Positions 23,562 through 36,048 are shown, counted from the stretch's first letter. The stretch: 46,858 nucleotides of DNA from Octopus bimaculoides (GCF_001194135.2 NC_068992.1:4173831-4220688), one strand, 5' to 3'. The notes: generated from the letters alone by a model not told the origin. Made by a program: numbers and translations.

Positions 23562-23924
23562 NNNNNNNNNNNNNNNNNNNNNNNNNNNNNNNNNNNNNNN
23601 NNNNNNNNNNNNNNNNNNNNNNNNNNNNNNNNNNNNNNNNNNNNNNNNNNNNNNNNNNNNNNNNNNNNNNNNNNNNNNNNNNNNNNNNNNNNNNNNNNNN
23701 NNNNNNNNNNNNNNNNNNNNNNNNNNNNNNNNNNNNNNNNNNNNNNNNNNNNNNNNNNNNNNNNNNNNNNNNNNNNNNNNNNNNNNNNNNNNNNNNNNNN
23801 NNNNNNNNNNNNNNNNNNNNNNNNNNNNNNNNNNNNNNNNNNNNNNNNNNNNNNNNNNNNNNNNNNNNNNNNNNNNNNNCGTGCTAACGATTCTGCTAGC
23901 TCACAGATTTTCTTGATATATAAA

Positions 23925-23971
23925 TAATAATAATAATGATAATAATAATATTAATGATGATGTGATGATGA

Positions 23972-24005
<34 letters not shown>

Positions 24006-24015
24006 GGTGGTGGTG

Positions 24016-24069
<54 letters not shown>

Positions 24070-24092
24070 GTAGTAGTAGTAGTAGTAGTAGT
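23925..24092. repeat. Compound microsatellite (AAT)(GAT)(GGT)(ATT)(AGT)
   Basis: Direct inspection. Confidence 0.95.
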
Positions 24093-24448
24093 ATGAGCAC
24101 AAACCTCAGAGAGTGGCAGAGTTGGCGACTAGCAAAATCCTGTGGTATTTACCAATCCAAGAAGATCAGGTTCTAGAGTATAACAGACCGGACCTATTGG
24201 TGGTTGACAAGATGCACCGCTTGTGCTACATAATTGCTGTTGCCTGCCTCTTTGATCCACGCATAGTTAAGAAGGAAGGCGAGAAAATGAATAAATACAA
24301 CCCTCTTAAGTACGAAATAGTCTGGCTATGGAAAACAAAGAAGGTGAAGATAGTGCCAGTTATTGTTGGGTCCTTGGGAACAATATCAGAAGGAATCAAG
24401 AGGAATATAAAGGAAATTGGAATAGAGTGCCCAGTAGAAATGTTACAA
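24092..24448 (+). mobile_element. R4/Dong-type non-LTR retrotransposon, restriction-like endonuclease fragment, cut at its 3' side by a SINE
   Basis: Open frame YEHKPQRVAELATSKILWYLPIQEDQVLEYNRPDLLVVDK...YIIAVAC...EKMNKY...WKTKKVKIVPVIVGSLG shows the RPD..D/E..KY RLE signature. The second catalytic D reads as A. Confidence 0.9.
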
Positions 24449-24454
24449 TATATT

Positions 24455-24610
24455 TGTTTCATTCGTTCTGAGTTCAAATTCCGCCGAGGTCGTCTTTGCC
24501 TTTCATCCTTTCAGGGTCGATAAATGAAGTACCAGCTGCGTACTTGGGTCGATCTAACCGACTGGCCCCTTCCTCAAAAATTTCGGGCCTTGTGCTTAGA
24601 ATAGAAAAAA
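24455..24610 (+). mobile_element. Family B SINE, 5'-truncated, inserted into the Dong-type LINE fragment
   Basis: CGTTCTGAGTTCAAATTCCGCCGAGGTCG..GGGTCGATAAATGAAGTACCAG..GGCCTTGTGC. Confidence 0.88.
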
Positions 24611-25442
24611 TATAGAATTTATCAGGAAATGAATATACTACCTACAAGGGAAAGAACTCTTTGGCAATACTTACAAAACCTTGCAAGAGTTATTTCCCAG
24701 AAAATTAAACTATTGTAACGGTTGCAAGACGCAACGAGACATTTCGTGAAAATAAAGTAAATAAATGGAAATCTGACCGCTGAGTGTGTGAAATTAATGA
24801 GGCAGTAAAAGAGGATGAATCTCGCCAGACACAGTAAAATGAACTGTAGAGTTATTTGATCAATCGTACTGGTTTTGTAAGGAATGTGGTGGAAGTAATA
24901 GTTATCCGACTGGTGAGTTGTCGTTTAGTTCTTAGTCTGCACTAATTGAGCAGATCTGGGATTGAAGGCATTGCAAGCATGACCTCGCTAAATGCTGCAT
25001 TTCATAAGCTGTTGCAGGTTCCTCCTGCTTTTAGGTTTGGTAGGACAGGGCAGTACCACGACGACGACGACGACGACGACCACCACCACCACCACCTGAT
25101 CGATCACAAATCTGATCGAAACTATTAACTATGACTCCTGTCATAGCTCAGTCTCTGATCCCCATTACGTATTTTTAGCAGATATCTAGCAGATGAGTGA
25201 TGAACCAACGTCGTAATAGCAACGTAGTTTAAAAACAGTTAGCGTATACGTAAAAATGATTTATTCGTGGTTTTGTAACGTAGTAGATACTAGATAGACA
25301 GAAGCCAATAAATATTAGCGAACAAATAATTCTGTAAAATATCTTCTTGTAGTTAGAACAAAGAGAATAATTCGATTCGACAGTAATAAGAAGAAAAAAT
25401 CGGTCACAAGAAAAATGTTTATATTGTAAAAATAAATTCAAG

Positions 25443-25475
25443 ATGACGCAAAGCAAGAGTCAAGCTTCCCTCGAG
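25443..25475 (+). CDS. Possible first coding micro-exon (MTQSKSQASLE); unverified
   Basis: AAG-ATG context, 11 open codons, ending GAG|GTAAAG (donor-like). Preceded by about 300 bp of non-repetitive CpG-containing sequence. No homology recognised and no partner exon identified. Confidence 0.2.
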
Positions 25476-25777
25476 GTAAAGTTAAGAAATTCATCTTAAA
25501 CGTTTAATTTAATAAATTCTCAGTTAAGAGTCCGTTGACAGCACGTGAATTACTTCAGTCACGTTAAACCTGAACTGTTCCGCGAAGTGCACAAGACAAC
25601 ATGAGATTCAGAAATGGTGTGTAATTAATAAGAGAGAATTGTAGTTCGCCGGAGGCATTGTGTAGTGCTTGTGAAATATAATGTGTCTTGAATGGCACAA
25701 CACTGTAGAGTGGACCATAATAACTGTTATAATTTAATTATTCATAGTTTGATAGGGTATAATATTTCGGAATATAA

Positions 25778-26175
25778 GCACAGGAGTGGCTGCGTGGTAA
25801 GTAGCTTGCTTACCAGCCACATGGTTCCGGGTTCAGTTCCACTGCGTGGCACCTTGGGCGAGTGTCTTCTACTATAGCCTCAGTTCAACCAAAGCCTTGT
25901 CAGTGGATTTGGTAGACGGAAACTGAAAGAAGCCCGTCGTATATATGTGTGTGTGTGTATGTTTGTGTGTCTGTGTTTGTCCCCATAACATCGCTTGACA
26001 ACCGATGCTGGTGTATTTACGTCCTCGTAACTTAGCGGTTCGGTAAAAGAAACCCGATAGAATAAGTACTAAGCTTACAAAGAATAAATCCTGTGGTCGA
26101 TTTGCTCGACTAAATACGGTAGACGGAAACTGAANNNNNNNNNNNNNNNNNNNNNNNNNNNNNNNNNNNNNNNNN

Positions 26176-26212
<37 letters not shown>

Positions 26213-26430
26213 ATGTGTTGGTGTGTCTGTGTTTTTCACCCCGCAATATCGCTTGACAACCGATGGTGGTGTGTTTACGTCTCCGTAACTTAGCGGTTCG
26301 GCAAAAGAGACCGATAGAATAAGTACTAGGCTTACAAAGAATAAGTGCTGGGGTCGATTTACTCGACTAAAGGTGGTGCCCCAGCAATGTCGCAGTCAAA
26401 TGACTGAAACAAGTAAAAGAGTAAAAGAGT
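25778..26430 (+). mobile_element. Family A SINE with an internal tandem duplication spanning a small gap
   Basis: Head GGAGTGGCTGCGTGGTAAGTAGCTTGC...GGGTTCAGTTCC and CORE-like GCACCTTGGGCGAGTGTCTTCTACTATAGCC. The body is repeated at about 25910-26115 and 26117-26370. It ends GACTGAAACAAGTAAAAGAGTAAAAGAG. Confidence 0.92.
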
Positions 26431-26923
26431 ATTATTGGTGTTGTTGTTATAACAGACTTCCACTCGTCAAAAGCTACTGGTCGGTTCGAATCTATATTAA
26501 AAAGTACTTGCTCGAAGTACCGCGCAATAGGACTGAACTGGAAACTAAGTCGTTGCTAAAACAGTTTCTTAACTACACAGCCATGCCTAATATAATATCT
26601 AATTTATTTTGATTGTTATCGTTCGTATATCTCCGGAACCGCTATCGTTATGTATATATTTACATTACGTATTAAAAGACCACCTCAGAAATACTCTTTG
26701 AGAACCACTCCCAGCGTCGATTCCACTCTAAATTGTTTCTCTTCTTGAGTAAAGAAATAACTGCCTTTTACTCGTTCGTAATTTGAACTAAAAATTACAG
26801 CCGCAGACAAGAATAACAGAATGGAATAACCGCTTGGAATGCTGAATCGGATGCCGTGGAGTAGAGTAATTGATCTGACGACGAATTCTCCTGCTGCCAC
26901 ACACACACGCACACACACACACG

Positions 26924-26978
<55 letters not shown>

Positions 26979-28308
26979 NNNNNNNNNNACACATATATAT
27001 GTTTATACATACATACATACATACATACATACATACACACATACATACACATATATATATATATAAAACCTGCATGTGTGTGCCTGGCTGTATGTGAGCG
27101 CGTGTTTTGTGTCTACATATCAACTTATCATAATTTGATATCACAGCAAAGAATATATCTTAAAATAACATAGAAGATGTGATATAAGTTCTCATTACAA
27201 TTCTTATTAATTTCATAAAGTGAACTATGTAGGTTTGTAAATATTTACATTATATTTATCTTCAACGAACATTCGTACTTTACATTATAGATTTGGGAAA
27301 ATAAACACAATGTCGAGATTATTTAGAGACTATCACGTTCTATACAGTAGATTGAAAAAGTAGAGCATAAATATACTAATTATATGAAGAACATGAAGAC
27401 AAATGTGAGGTTTATGCAGTACGAAATAATAGTGACTTTTCGTTATATTTGTAAGCCGTCGCCTCTCGGCAAAGTGGAATAAATGGTAAAATCATATTTT
27501 TATTTAAACAAAGTTAAATGAAAAGATATGACAAGTTTATAGGAAGGAAATGAAGTATACATACATGCATACATACACACACACGCACACACGTACATGT
27601 GTGTGAGTATATATATATATATATATATATNNNNNNNNNNNNNNNNNNNNNNNNNNNNNNNNNNNNNNNNNNNNNNNNNNNNNNNNNNNNNNNNNNNNNN
27701 NNNNNNNNNNNNNNNNNNNNNNNNNNNNNNNNNNNNNNNNNNNNNNNNNNNNNNNNNNNNNNNNNNNNNNNNNNNNNNNNNNNNNNNNNNNNNNNNNNNN
27801 NNNNNNNNNNNNNNNNNNNNNNNNNNNNNNNNNNNNNNNNNNNNNNNNNNNNNNNNNNNNNNNNNNNNNNNNNNNNNNNNNNNNNNNNNNNNNNNNNNNN
27901 NNNNNNNNNNNNNNNNNNNNNNNNNNNNNNNNNNNNNNNNNNNNNNNNNNNNNNNNNNNNNNNNNNNNNNNNNNNNNNNNNNNNNNNNNNNNNNNNNNNN
28001 NNNNNNNNNNNNNNNNNNNNNNNNNNNNNNNNNNNNNNNNNNNNNNNNNNNNNNNNNNNNNNNNNNNNNNNNNNNNNNNNNNNNNNNNNNNNNNNNNNNN
28101 NNNNNNNNNNNNNNNNNNNNNNNNNNNNNNNNNNNNNNNNNNNNNNNNNNNNNNNNNNNNNNNNNNNNNNNNNNNNNNNNNNNNNNNNNNNNNNNNNNNN
28201 NNNNNNNNNNNNNNNNNNNNNNNNNNNNNNNNNNNNNNNNNNNNNNNNNNNNNNNNNNNNNNNNNNNNNNNNNNNNNNNNNNNNNNNNNNNNNNNNNNNN
28301 NNNNNNNN

Positions 28309-28342
<34 letters not shown>

Positions 28343-30024
28343 AAGAAGGTGACAGAGAGAAAGAAAGAGTATTTAGAGTGAAATAGTTTCAAGTGAGGTA
28401 TGGATCCCATTCGTCGACAGCCAAAAGTAATTGGTATTTCAGGAAGAAACCGCAGCTGTATGTTACGATAAATAGAGATGATTTTTAAAATAACTGCTTC
28501 ATTTGTATTCTAGTCAATGTCACAATTCATAAAATAATTCCGGCAGCCATATTGTCTGACGTAACTCACTTCTTAACAAAATTCATTCATTCAAATCTAC
28601 GCACGCAGACTAATGATAATCTCTCAAAAGAAGAGATCGCCACTCAATTTACGTCCAAAAACTGACATATTTAATTACGTAAAATAGCATTTTGTCACTG
28701 CAAATCAAGACTTTTGAGATATTTAATCTGAAGCATTTCGGCAATGTAGAAATTAGCCAGATATTAAATAAACATAAAACAGTTGTCTTCGGGATAAACA
28801 TTTGTTATAATGCTGTTCCTATTTAGAAAAACATCATGTCTCAGGGTAGATTTAGTCTAAATCTTTTGTTTCAGTTCTGTTCATGTTTAGAAAATATATA
28901 ACAGAAACTATAAAAAAACCGTTTAGGAAACACTTTAGGAATACAAATCGATTCCAGTGTTTGACTGGTACTGTATTCTATCGATTCCTGAATGATAGAA
29001 AACAAATTATTGTATTCAAATCCCATTTAGCTTCACTTTATTTTTATTCATCTGGGATTGATTAAAAAAGTATGGCGGGAAGGAAGACGAAAGACGCGGC
29101 TCCGTTAAATAGAGCTTCCTGCCATTGCTCCGCTAACGAAACAGTTAAGTTTAGCAGGTTATTTTCAGCATATATTAACATCATTGTATATGAGATCTTT
29201 GGATGTTATGAAATGAATCGCGCAGAGAATCGGAACTATCACTTCCTACTTGTCTTCAACTATGGATAATATATATAGTAATTGTATAGGGATTGGATCA
29301 ATATACGTAGAAAATTTTCACAGTATGTGTTTGGTAATTTATATCGTTAGACTTGGAAACATGAAAGGCAAAGTTGTCTAAGGAGGGATTTGAACTCCAA
29401 ACATCAATGGCCGGGCCAAATAGAGCTGAGCTCTAACGACTGTTCAAGGAGAGTTCAGGGAATATCGATATTAAAAGTTGAGAGATGTGACGAGTATCAG
29501 ATCTCGGTCTATTGCTTTTCAAAGGAGATGAGAACAAAAAGAAAACGACGGAGTTGTTGGTCCTGATTGACATTTAGTTGGCCCTGGATGTCGGCGAGTG
29601 AAAGCGAGAAGTAAATGAATCGTGAGGATGTTCATAGCCTAACACTTGACAATTTAAATTATTCTGTGCCGCGAGTATCGTATTTTCATTGAAGATGATC
29701 TTACCAAGATAGTCTGTATCATTGGCTACTGAGTCAATGATGTACTCCCATACTACTACCAGCCTTGTTTATTTATCATCATCAGATTGATCCTGGAAGT
29801 TTTAAAATAGAGTTGTAAGAGAAAGAAGGACCTGTCATGTTGACATGTGTTGATCTGGGTAGAAATTAATTGTGACAGAGGAGATTGTTTGGCCATCCAG
29901 ATCTGAATCGTGTATTCAGCAGAACTTTTGCTTAAATTGTTTGCAAGTTTAAAAGAAGAAGAATGGTGCGCTACTTTTAAGGTCGATACATGTTATTTCA
30001 TCGTTTGACAAAGACTTGACTGTG

Positions 30025-30212
30025 TAGTTCATACGCTCACTTTGCAACCAATAGGTTTCGGGTTCAGTCTCACTGCGTATCATATCGTCATTGTGCAAGT
30101 GTCTTCTACCCTGGTCGACCAAAATCTTGTAAGTGGATTTGGTGGACGGAAGGTGTGCGGAGTCCCATGATATCGAGTGACTGAAACAAGTAAAAGAATC
30201 CAAGAATAAAGA
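30025..30212 (+). mobile_element. Family A SINE, internally deleted
   Basis: GGGTTCAGTCTCACTGCG, GCAAGTGTCTTCTAC and GTGGATTTGGTGGACGG, joined directly to the tail GACTGAAACAAGTAAAAGAA. Confidence 0.8.
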
Positions 30213-30487
30213 ATACTGCGAGAAGCAAAAGTCTTCGTATTTGATTGGATGTTTGTCTAAAGTGCCGCTTGAACAATCAATCGGTTGTTTTGTTGCTCTA
30301 AGTCCGTCCGAGCCACAAAACTCCAAGAGAAACCTGAACTGGGCTTAGTAACGGTCAGACGATGGAAAATGGTTACATTTTGCTATGAGGTCAGCTGATC
30401 ACACTGTTGTAAATGTCAACATTCCCTTTCTTAATTTACTGCAATTATCTACTGCTCATTATTGTGACTGTTGTTGTGGATGATGAC

Positions 30488-30524
<37 letters not shown>

Positions 30525-30576
30525 TTGATGATGGTAGTGCAAAAGTAATTGCTGTTGTTGTTTACTGCAATTATCT

Positions 30577-30638
<62 letters not shown>

Positions 30639-31102
30639 GAAGAGGAAAGTGAGATGTATGAAGTAAGCAAAAAAANNNNNNNNNNNNNNNNNNNNNNNNN
30701 NNNNNNNNNNNNNNNNNNNNNNNNNNNNNNNNNNNNNNNNNNNNNNNNNNNNNNNNNNNNNNNNNNNNNNNNNNNNNNNNNNNNNNNNNNNNNNNNNNNN
30801 NNNNNNNNNNNNNNNNNNNNNNNNNNNNNNNNNNNNNNNNNNNNNNNNNNNNNNNNNNNNNNNNNNNNNNNNNNNNNNNNNNNNNNNNNNNNNNNNNNNN
30901 NNNNNNNNNNNNNNNNNNNNNNNNNNNNNNNNNNNNNNNNNNNNNNNNNNNNNNNNNNNNNNNNNNNNNNNNNNNNNNNNNNNNNNNNNNNNNNNNNNNN
31001 NNNNNNNNNNNNNNNNNNNNNNNNNNNNNNNNNNNNNNNNAAATATTTCTCTTTTTTGTTTTGGTAATTATATCAATTTACGCACGCATGCACTCAAACA
31101 CA

Positions 31103-31172
<70 letters not shown>

Positions 31173-31611
31173 TACACACACATACACATAAACAGACCCA
31201 TACACACACTCACACATTTATACACATACATTCATATATATTTGTGTATGTGTATGTATGCTCATATAGCTATATGTAAATGTATAGCATTTTAAAAATT
31301 ATTATTCACCTTTGATGTCAACATCACTATGCATATGTCTTGCACGTGCTATGTATATTATTTCGGCATTAACTGACACCAGGGGTCAGTGTATCGCAGG
31401 CATGCGCATTTGTTTCCAGCTAAACACAGAATTGTGGATACAGCAAACACAATTACTCAGACACCAAAGCAAACATTGTTGGTATTGGCGTTTACTCATT
31501 ACCAATGATCAGAAGTTCTCAAACTTTTTGGACCATCGACCTCTCCGCCTCCCCATGGGCACATAATACCCTCAGCGCCCCACCCCTATTTTTATGTATA
31601 AATAAATATTT

Positions 31612-31871
31612 TATACATTATTTACATTATTTACATTTGACAGATATTTGTCCTCATCTTGTTTGTTGTTAACATAACGTTTCGGCCGATATACCCTCCA
31701 GTCTTCATCAGGTGTCTTGCGGAAATTTCGAACATGCGTTCTCATTCTTAAGGTATTTTTCGATGTTGTTGTTGTTGTTATTATTATTGTTATTGCTATT
31801 GATATTGTTCAGGTCACTGCTTGGATTCGAACTAGGAATCTTGAGGTAGTAGCCCGCGCTCTTAACCACTT
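31612..31871 (-). mobile_element. tRNA-headed SINE-like element with (AAY)n spacer, hammerhead-like motif and (AATGTAAAT)n tail
   Basis: Minus strand: AGTGGTTAAGAGCGCGGGCTACTACC...AGTTCGAATCC (box A remnant and box B), an AAT/AAC spacer, CACCTGATGAAGACTGGAGGGTATATCGGCCGAAACGTTATGT, then a 9-bp tandem tail. Confidence 0.75.
31668..31718 (-). ncRNA. Minimal type I hammerhead ribozyme motif (Penelope-like), decayed copy
   Basis: CTGATGA (31705-31711), an extra A, stem II GACTG/CGGCC (one mismatch, one wobble), GAAAC (31679-31683), palindromic ACGT stem III with GTT as the cleavage triplet, and stem I GACAC/ATGTT (first pair mismatched). Confidence 0.6.
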
Positions 31872-32228
31872 ATTTTATATTTTACTAATTTATATATACT
31901 ATGAATCATTTGATATTTAATATAATATTATATAATTTGTATACTATACTATAATAATATGATAAATTCATAGCGTCCCCCAATCCACTGCCTTCCTCCA
32001 AACGACTGAAACAAGTAAAAGAATGCAAGAGTACTTTAACTATTCCACTGATGATTTGTGTTTTGAAGTCTTCGAATCCTTCTTTCTGGTGCCTTTAACT
32101 GTATTTTGTTATCCTCTGGGTAACAGATTTCCACTACTGTACATAGTTTCTCTTCTCTGTCCTGAATCACTATTACTAATCTATTTTGTTATGTATGTAT
32201 GTGTGTGTGTGTGAATGTGTGTGTGTGA

Positions 32229-32278
<50 letters not shown>

Positions 32279-32727
32279 NNNNNNNNNNNNNNNNNNNNNN
32301 NNNNNNNNNNNNNNNNNNNNNNNNNNNNNNNNNNNNNNNNNNNNNNNNNNNNNNNNNNNNNNNNNNNNNNNNNNNNNNNNNNNNNNNNNNNNNNNNNNNN
32401 NNNNNNNNNNNNNNNNNNNNNNNNNNNNNNNNNNNNNNNNNNNNNNNNNNNNNNNNNNNNNNNNNNNNNNNNNNNNNNNNNNNNNNNNNNNNNNNNNNNN
32501 NNNNNNNNNNNNNNNNNNNNNNNNNNNNNNNNNNNNNNNNNNNNNNNNNNNNNNNNNNNNNNNNNNNNNNNNNNNNNNNNNNNNNNNNNNNNNNNNNNNN
32601 NNNNNNNNNNNNNNNNNNNNNNNNNNNNNNNNNNNNNNNNNNNNNNNNNNNNNNNNNNNNNNNNNNNNNNNNNNNNNNNNNNNNNNNNNNNNNNNNNNNN
32701 NNNNNNNNNNNNNNNNNNNNNNNNNNN

Positions 32728-32761
<34 letters not shown>

Positions 32762-33054
32762 TGCACGCGCATATTTTCTCCCGAACACTCCCGCATTCAC
32801 ACATATACACGCACGCATCCACCCACATACACATGCATATACACATACACACACATACATATATACATGCTGATGCACACAAACACGCTACTGTTCATGC
32901 ATGATCGCATCCGTATGCCCACCCAATCCTTCTGATCTCTACACTCAGCGAAATCACGTTTATAATTTCTTGATGTCCACAACTTTCTCTCTGCGTCTCT
33001 TTCTGTACACACACACGCATATGCACACACACACACACACACAGACACACACAC

Positions 33055-33089
<35 letters not shown>

Positions 33090-33092
<3 letters not shown>

Positions 33093-33161
33093 TGACTGTT
33101 TTTTACCCTCGCTAGACCACTGGTGGTAAATAAAATTTCTAAAATTTTTTTGCTACCCTGT

Positions 33162-33162
<1 letters not shown>
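33090..33162. mobile_element. Short Tc1/mariner-like terminal fragment between (TA)n tracts
   Basis: Reverse complement begins TA|CAGGGTAGCAAAAAAATTTTAG, like the TACAGGGT terminus at 38813. There is no partner TIR. Confidence 0.3.
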
Positions 33163-33251
<89 letters not shown>

Positions 33252-33581
33252 CATACATATGTATACATTATACGTATACACACACAGAGACACACTCACA
33301 CACACATACAAATATACATATATATATGAAATTGTTCGATGCAGCCTTGTCGTTTATATGCACGTATATATGTATGTATATATGTATGTATATATGTATG
33401 TATGTATGTATTCTCATGCATACAGTTGCATATCTAGACATACTCATATATATTTAAAGTTCTGGGAAGTTTTACAGATTTTTACAGTTCCAATAAAGGA
33501 TTGGATCTGTAGTCAACGAATCCGTTTTCTCCTTTCTGGTTTTGAGAAACCTAATTTTTATGTATGTATGTGTGTGTGTGT

Positions 33582-33617
<36 letters not shown>

Positions 33618-33921
33618 NNNNNNNNNNNNNNNNNNNNNNNNNNNNNNNNNNNNNNNNNNNNNNNNNNNNNNNNNNNNNNNNNNNNNNNNNNNNNNNNNNN
33701 NNNNNNNNNNNNNNNNNNNNNNNNNNNNNNNNNNNNNNNNNNNNNNNNNNNNNNNNNNNNNNNNNNNNNNNNNNNNNNNNNNNNNNNNNNNNNNNNNNNN
33801 NNNNNNNNNNNNNNNNNNNNNNNNNNNNNNNNNNNNNNNNNNNNNNNNNNNNNNNNNNNNNNNNNNNNNNNNNNNNNNNNNNNNNNNNNNNNNNNNNNNN
33901 NNNNNNNNNNNNNNNNNNNNN

Positions 33922-33957
<36 letters not shown>

Positions 33958-34327
33958 ACACACACACACAGTGCGGATGGGTGTCTTTTTGTGGTAAGTG
34001 GAGTTGTTTGGTAGAATGCAGTGGGAAAATAAAACTTAATGCTTAAAGATACACAGCCTGACTACATATTGCAAGCTGCGTGTACTTCAACAATTGCACC
34101 AAGTGCATTTTTATGCTCCCCATAATGCTTCTTTTTTCTGGTTCAACTCAGCCGAGTGTGATTTGGGACATATGTTGTTGGTGACTATTCAAATAACCAG
34201 CCCCAATGGCCTTGGTCGTCCTTGTTGTCACTGGTAAGGCCCATGTCAGCTCCATGATCAAAACTATATCAGCCGTCTTCTTATACGCTCACGCGTGCAT
34301 ACGCGCGCACACACACANNNNNNNNNN

Positions 34328-34381
<54 letters not shown>

Positions 34382-35390
34382 ACACACGCACGCACACAGA
34401 GACACACACACACACGCACACTCATATATATGTGTGTGTCTATTTATAGAAGCAGCAGCAGCAACATTGCGATCTAATGAAATAATTGTTTAAAGCTTTG
34501 ACTGAAACATAGTATAGTGTCCTGGTGCTTATTCTGTATTAATAGAACAGAAACACATATTTAAGACTGGTTTGTTGGCAGTAACGTAGCTAAAAGAGAA
34601 AATGTCACGGCACCTCTCCAAGCAGCATGTTCTGGTGAACGACAACGCTTGTACATGAATTTTTCTGTTAAACCGATTGTTAAATCAAGAACTGGCTCAA
34701 GCAGGATAAATTCTTAACTAGATTACTGACAGAAGATTTTTATTTTCGTAGATATTTGAAACAAACATTATGAACTAGCAGAACATTCTTCAAATTAAGT
34801 TGTTCCTTTCATTGTTGTTCTTAATGGTTTAACAACAGGCAATTTCTGATCGAGCAGACACAAAATATTGTTTTGTGCCTGCCGCTATATTTTTAAATCA
34901 GGCAGTGTCTTTCGTTTGTTTTATTTGATTTTATAAACCGTGTAGTAACATGTGATTTATGGGATTTGTGACTATTATTTCTAGGAAGTCAAATTGATAT
35001 ATAGAGGCCCTACGCTAGTCCGTACAGCTTTTTGTACATATGTGAGCAATCAGTATTTAAACTGGTGGATATTGTTGTGTCAAAATATTCAGTGAACCGT
35101 CTCAATCTTGTAAGAATTGAAAGTATAAAAAGGAAAACAAAGCATGTTATACGGGAATTGTGGTGTTTTAAGTAGAGAACAAGGTTTGGTTGATTCCGTG
35201 TCTGCTGAAGACTTCAAGAACTCCGCGGTGAAGACATTTCAAGATAATTGTCCCGCTGTTAAGGAATATGGAAAATATATATATTTATGGTTCTATATTG
35301 TCTAGCTGATGTTACAAAGCCCCACATTTTCTTTAGAACCTGATTCACTAATGACCCTTTCGTCAATCACCCGTTGAGCAATAAAAGAAT

Positions 35391-35450
<60 letters not shown>

Positions 35451-35984
35451 GCCTTTATATTATTATCATCATCATTATTGTTATTATTTATTGTCTTTGC
35501 ACAGCCTCTATCGCTGGGGATGTACTACGGTGCCAGCTGTTCAATACCAGTGAACTAAGCTAATACCTCTTATTTTCGAGCACCTTCCGGAGTATTCGAG
35601 CGGTTCCAAGCAGTGCTGTTTTCTGCAGGTGCTCCACCCTTATTGCAGCCCCTATTTGTTCCATGTACTTCTCAAGATTCTTACTCTCTATTCCCCGGGC
35701 TCCGACAATTATTGGTACTACCACCACCTTTTTCAGCGACCACAACTGCTTAACCTCCCAAGCTAACCTGTCATATCTATCGACTTTTTTTTTATTTCTT
35801 ATCACATACCTTGTTGTCAGCTGGGCTTGCTATATCTATGATCCAGCATCGTTTGCTTTCTTTCTCAATTAACAGTACGTCTGGCTTCCTATTCTCTATC
35901 TCATGGTTGCACTGAATCATAAAATCCCGTAGGATCTTTGCGTTATCATTTTCGATGATACCTTCGGGTTTATGTTCGTACCAC

Positions 35985-36048
<64 letters not shown>

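Noticed and set aside
29560-29770. About 65-codon minus-strand open frame (WEYIIDSVANDTDYLGK) as a Helitron helicase piece or exon
   Set aside because: Only a few residues resemble the PIF1 motif, there is no start codon, and no acceptor could be supported.
1155-34493. ORFs made of YI, CV, HT, RE, LS, poly-D, poly-I or poly-V repeats
   Set aside because: They are translations of (TA)n, (CA)n, (GA)n and trinucleotide microsatellites with no other coding signal.
35130-35310. 54-aa plus-strand ORF (DSVSAEDFKNSAVKTF) or minus-strand terminal exon
   Set aside because: No recognisable homology, and the splice signals are inconsistent between strands.
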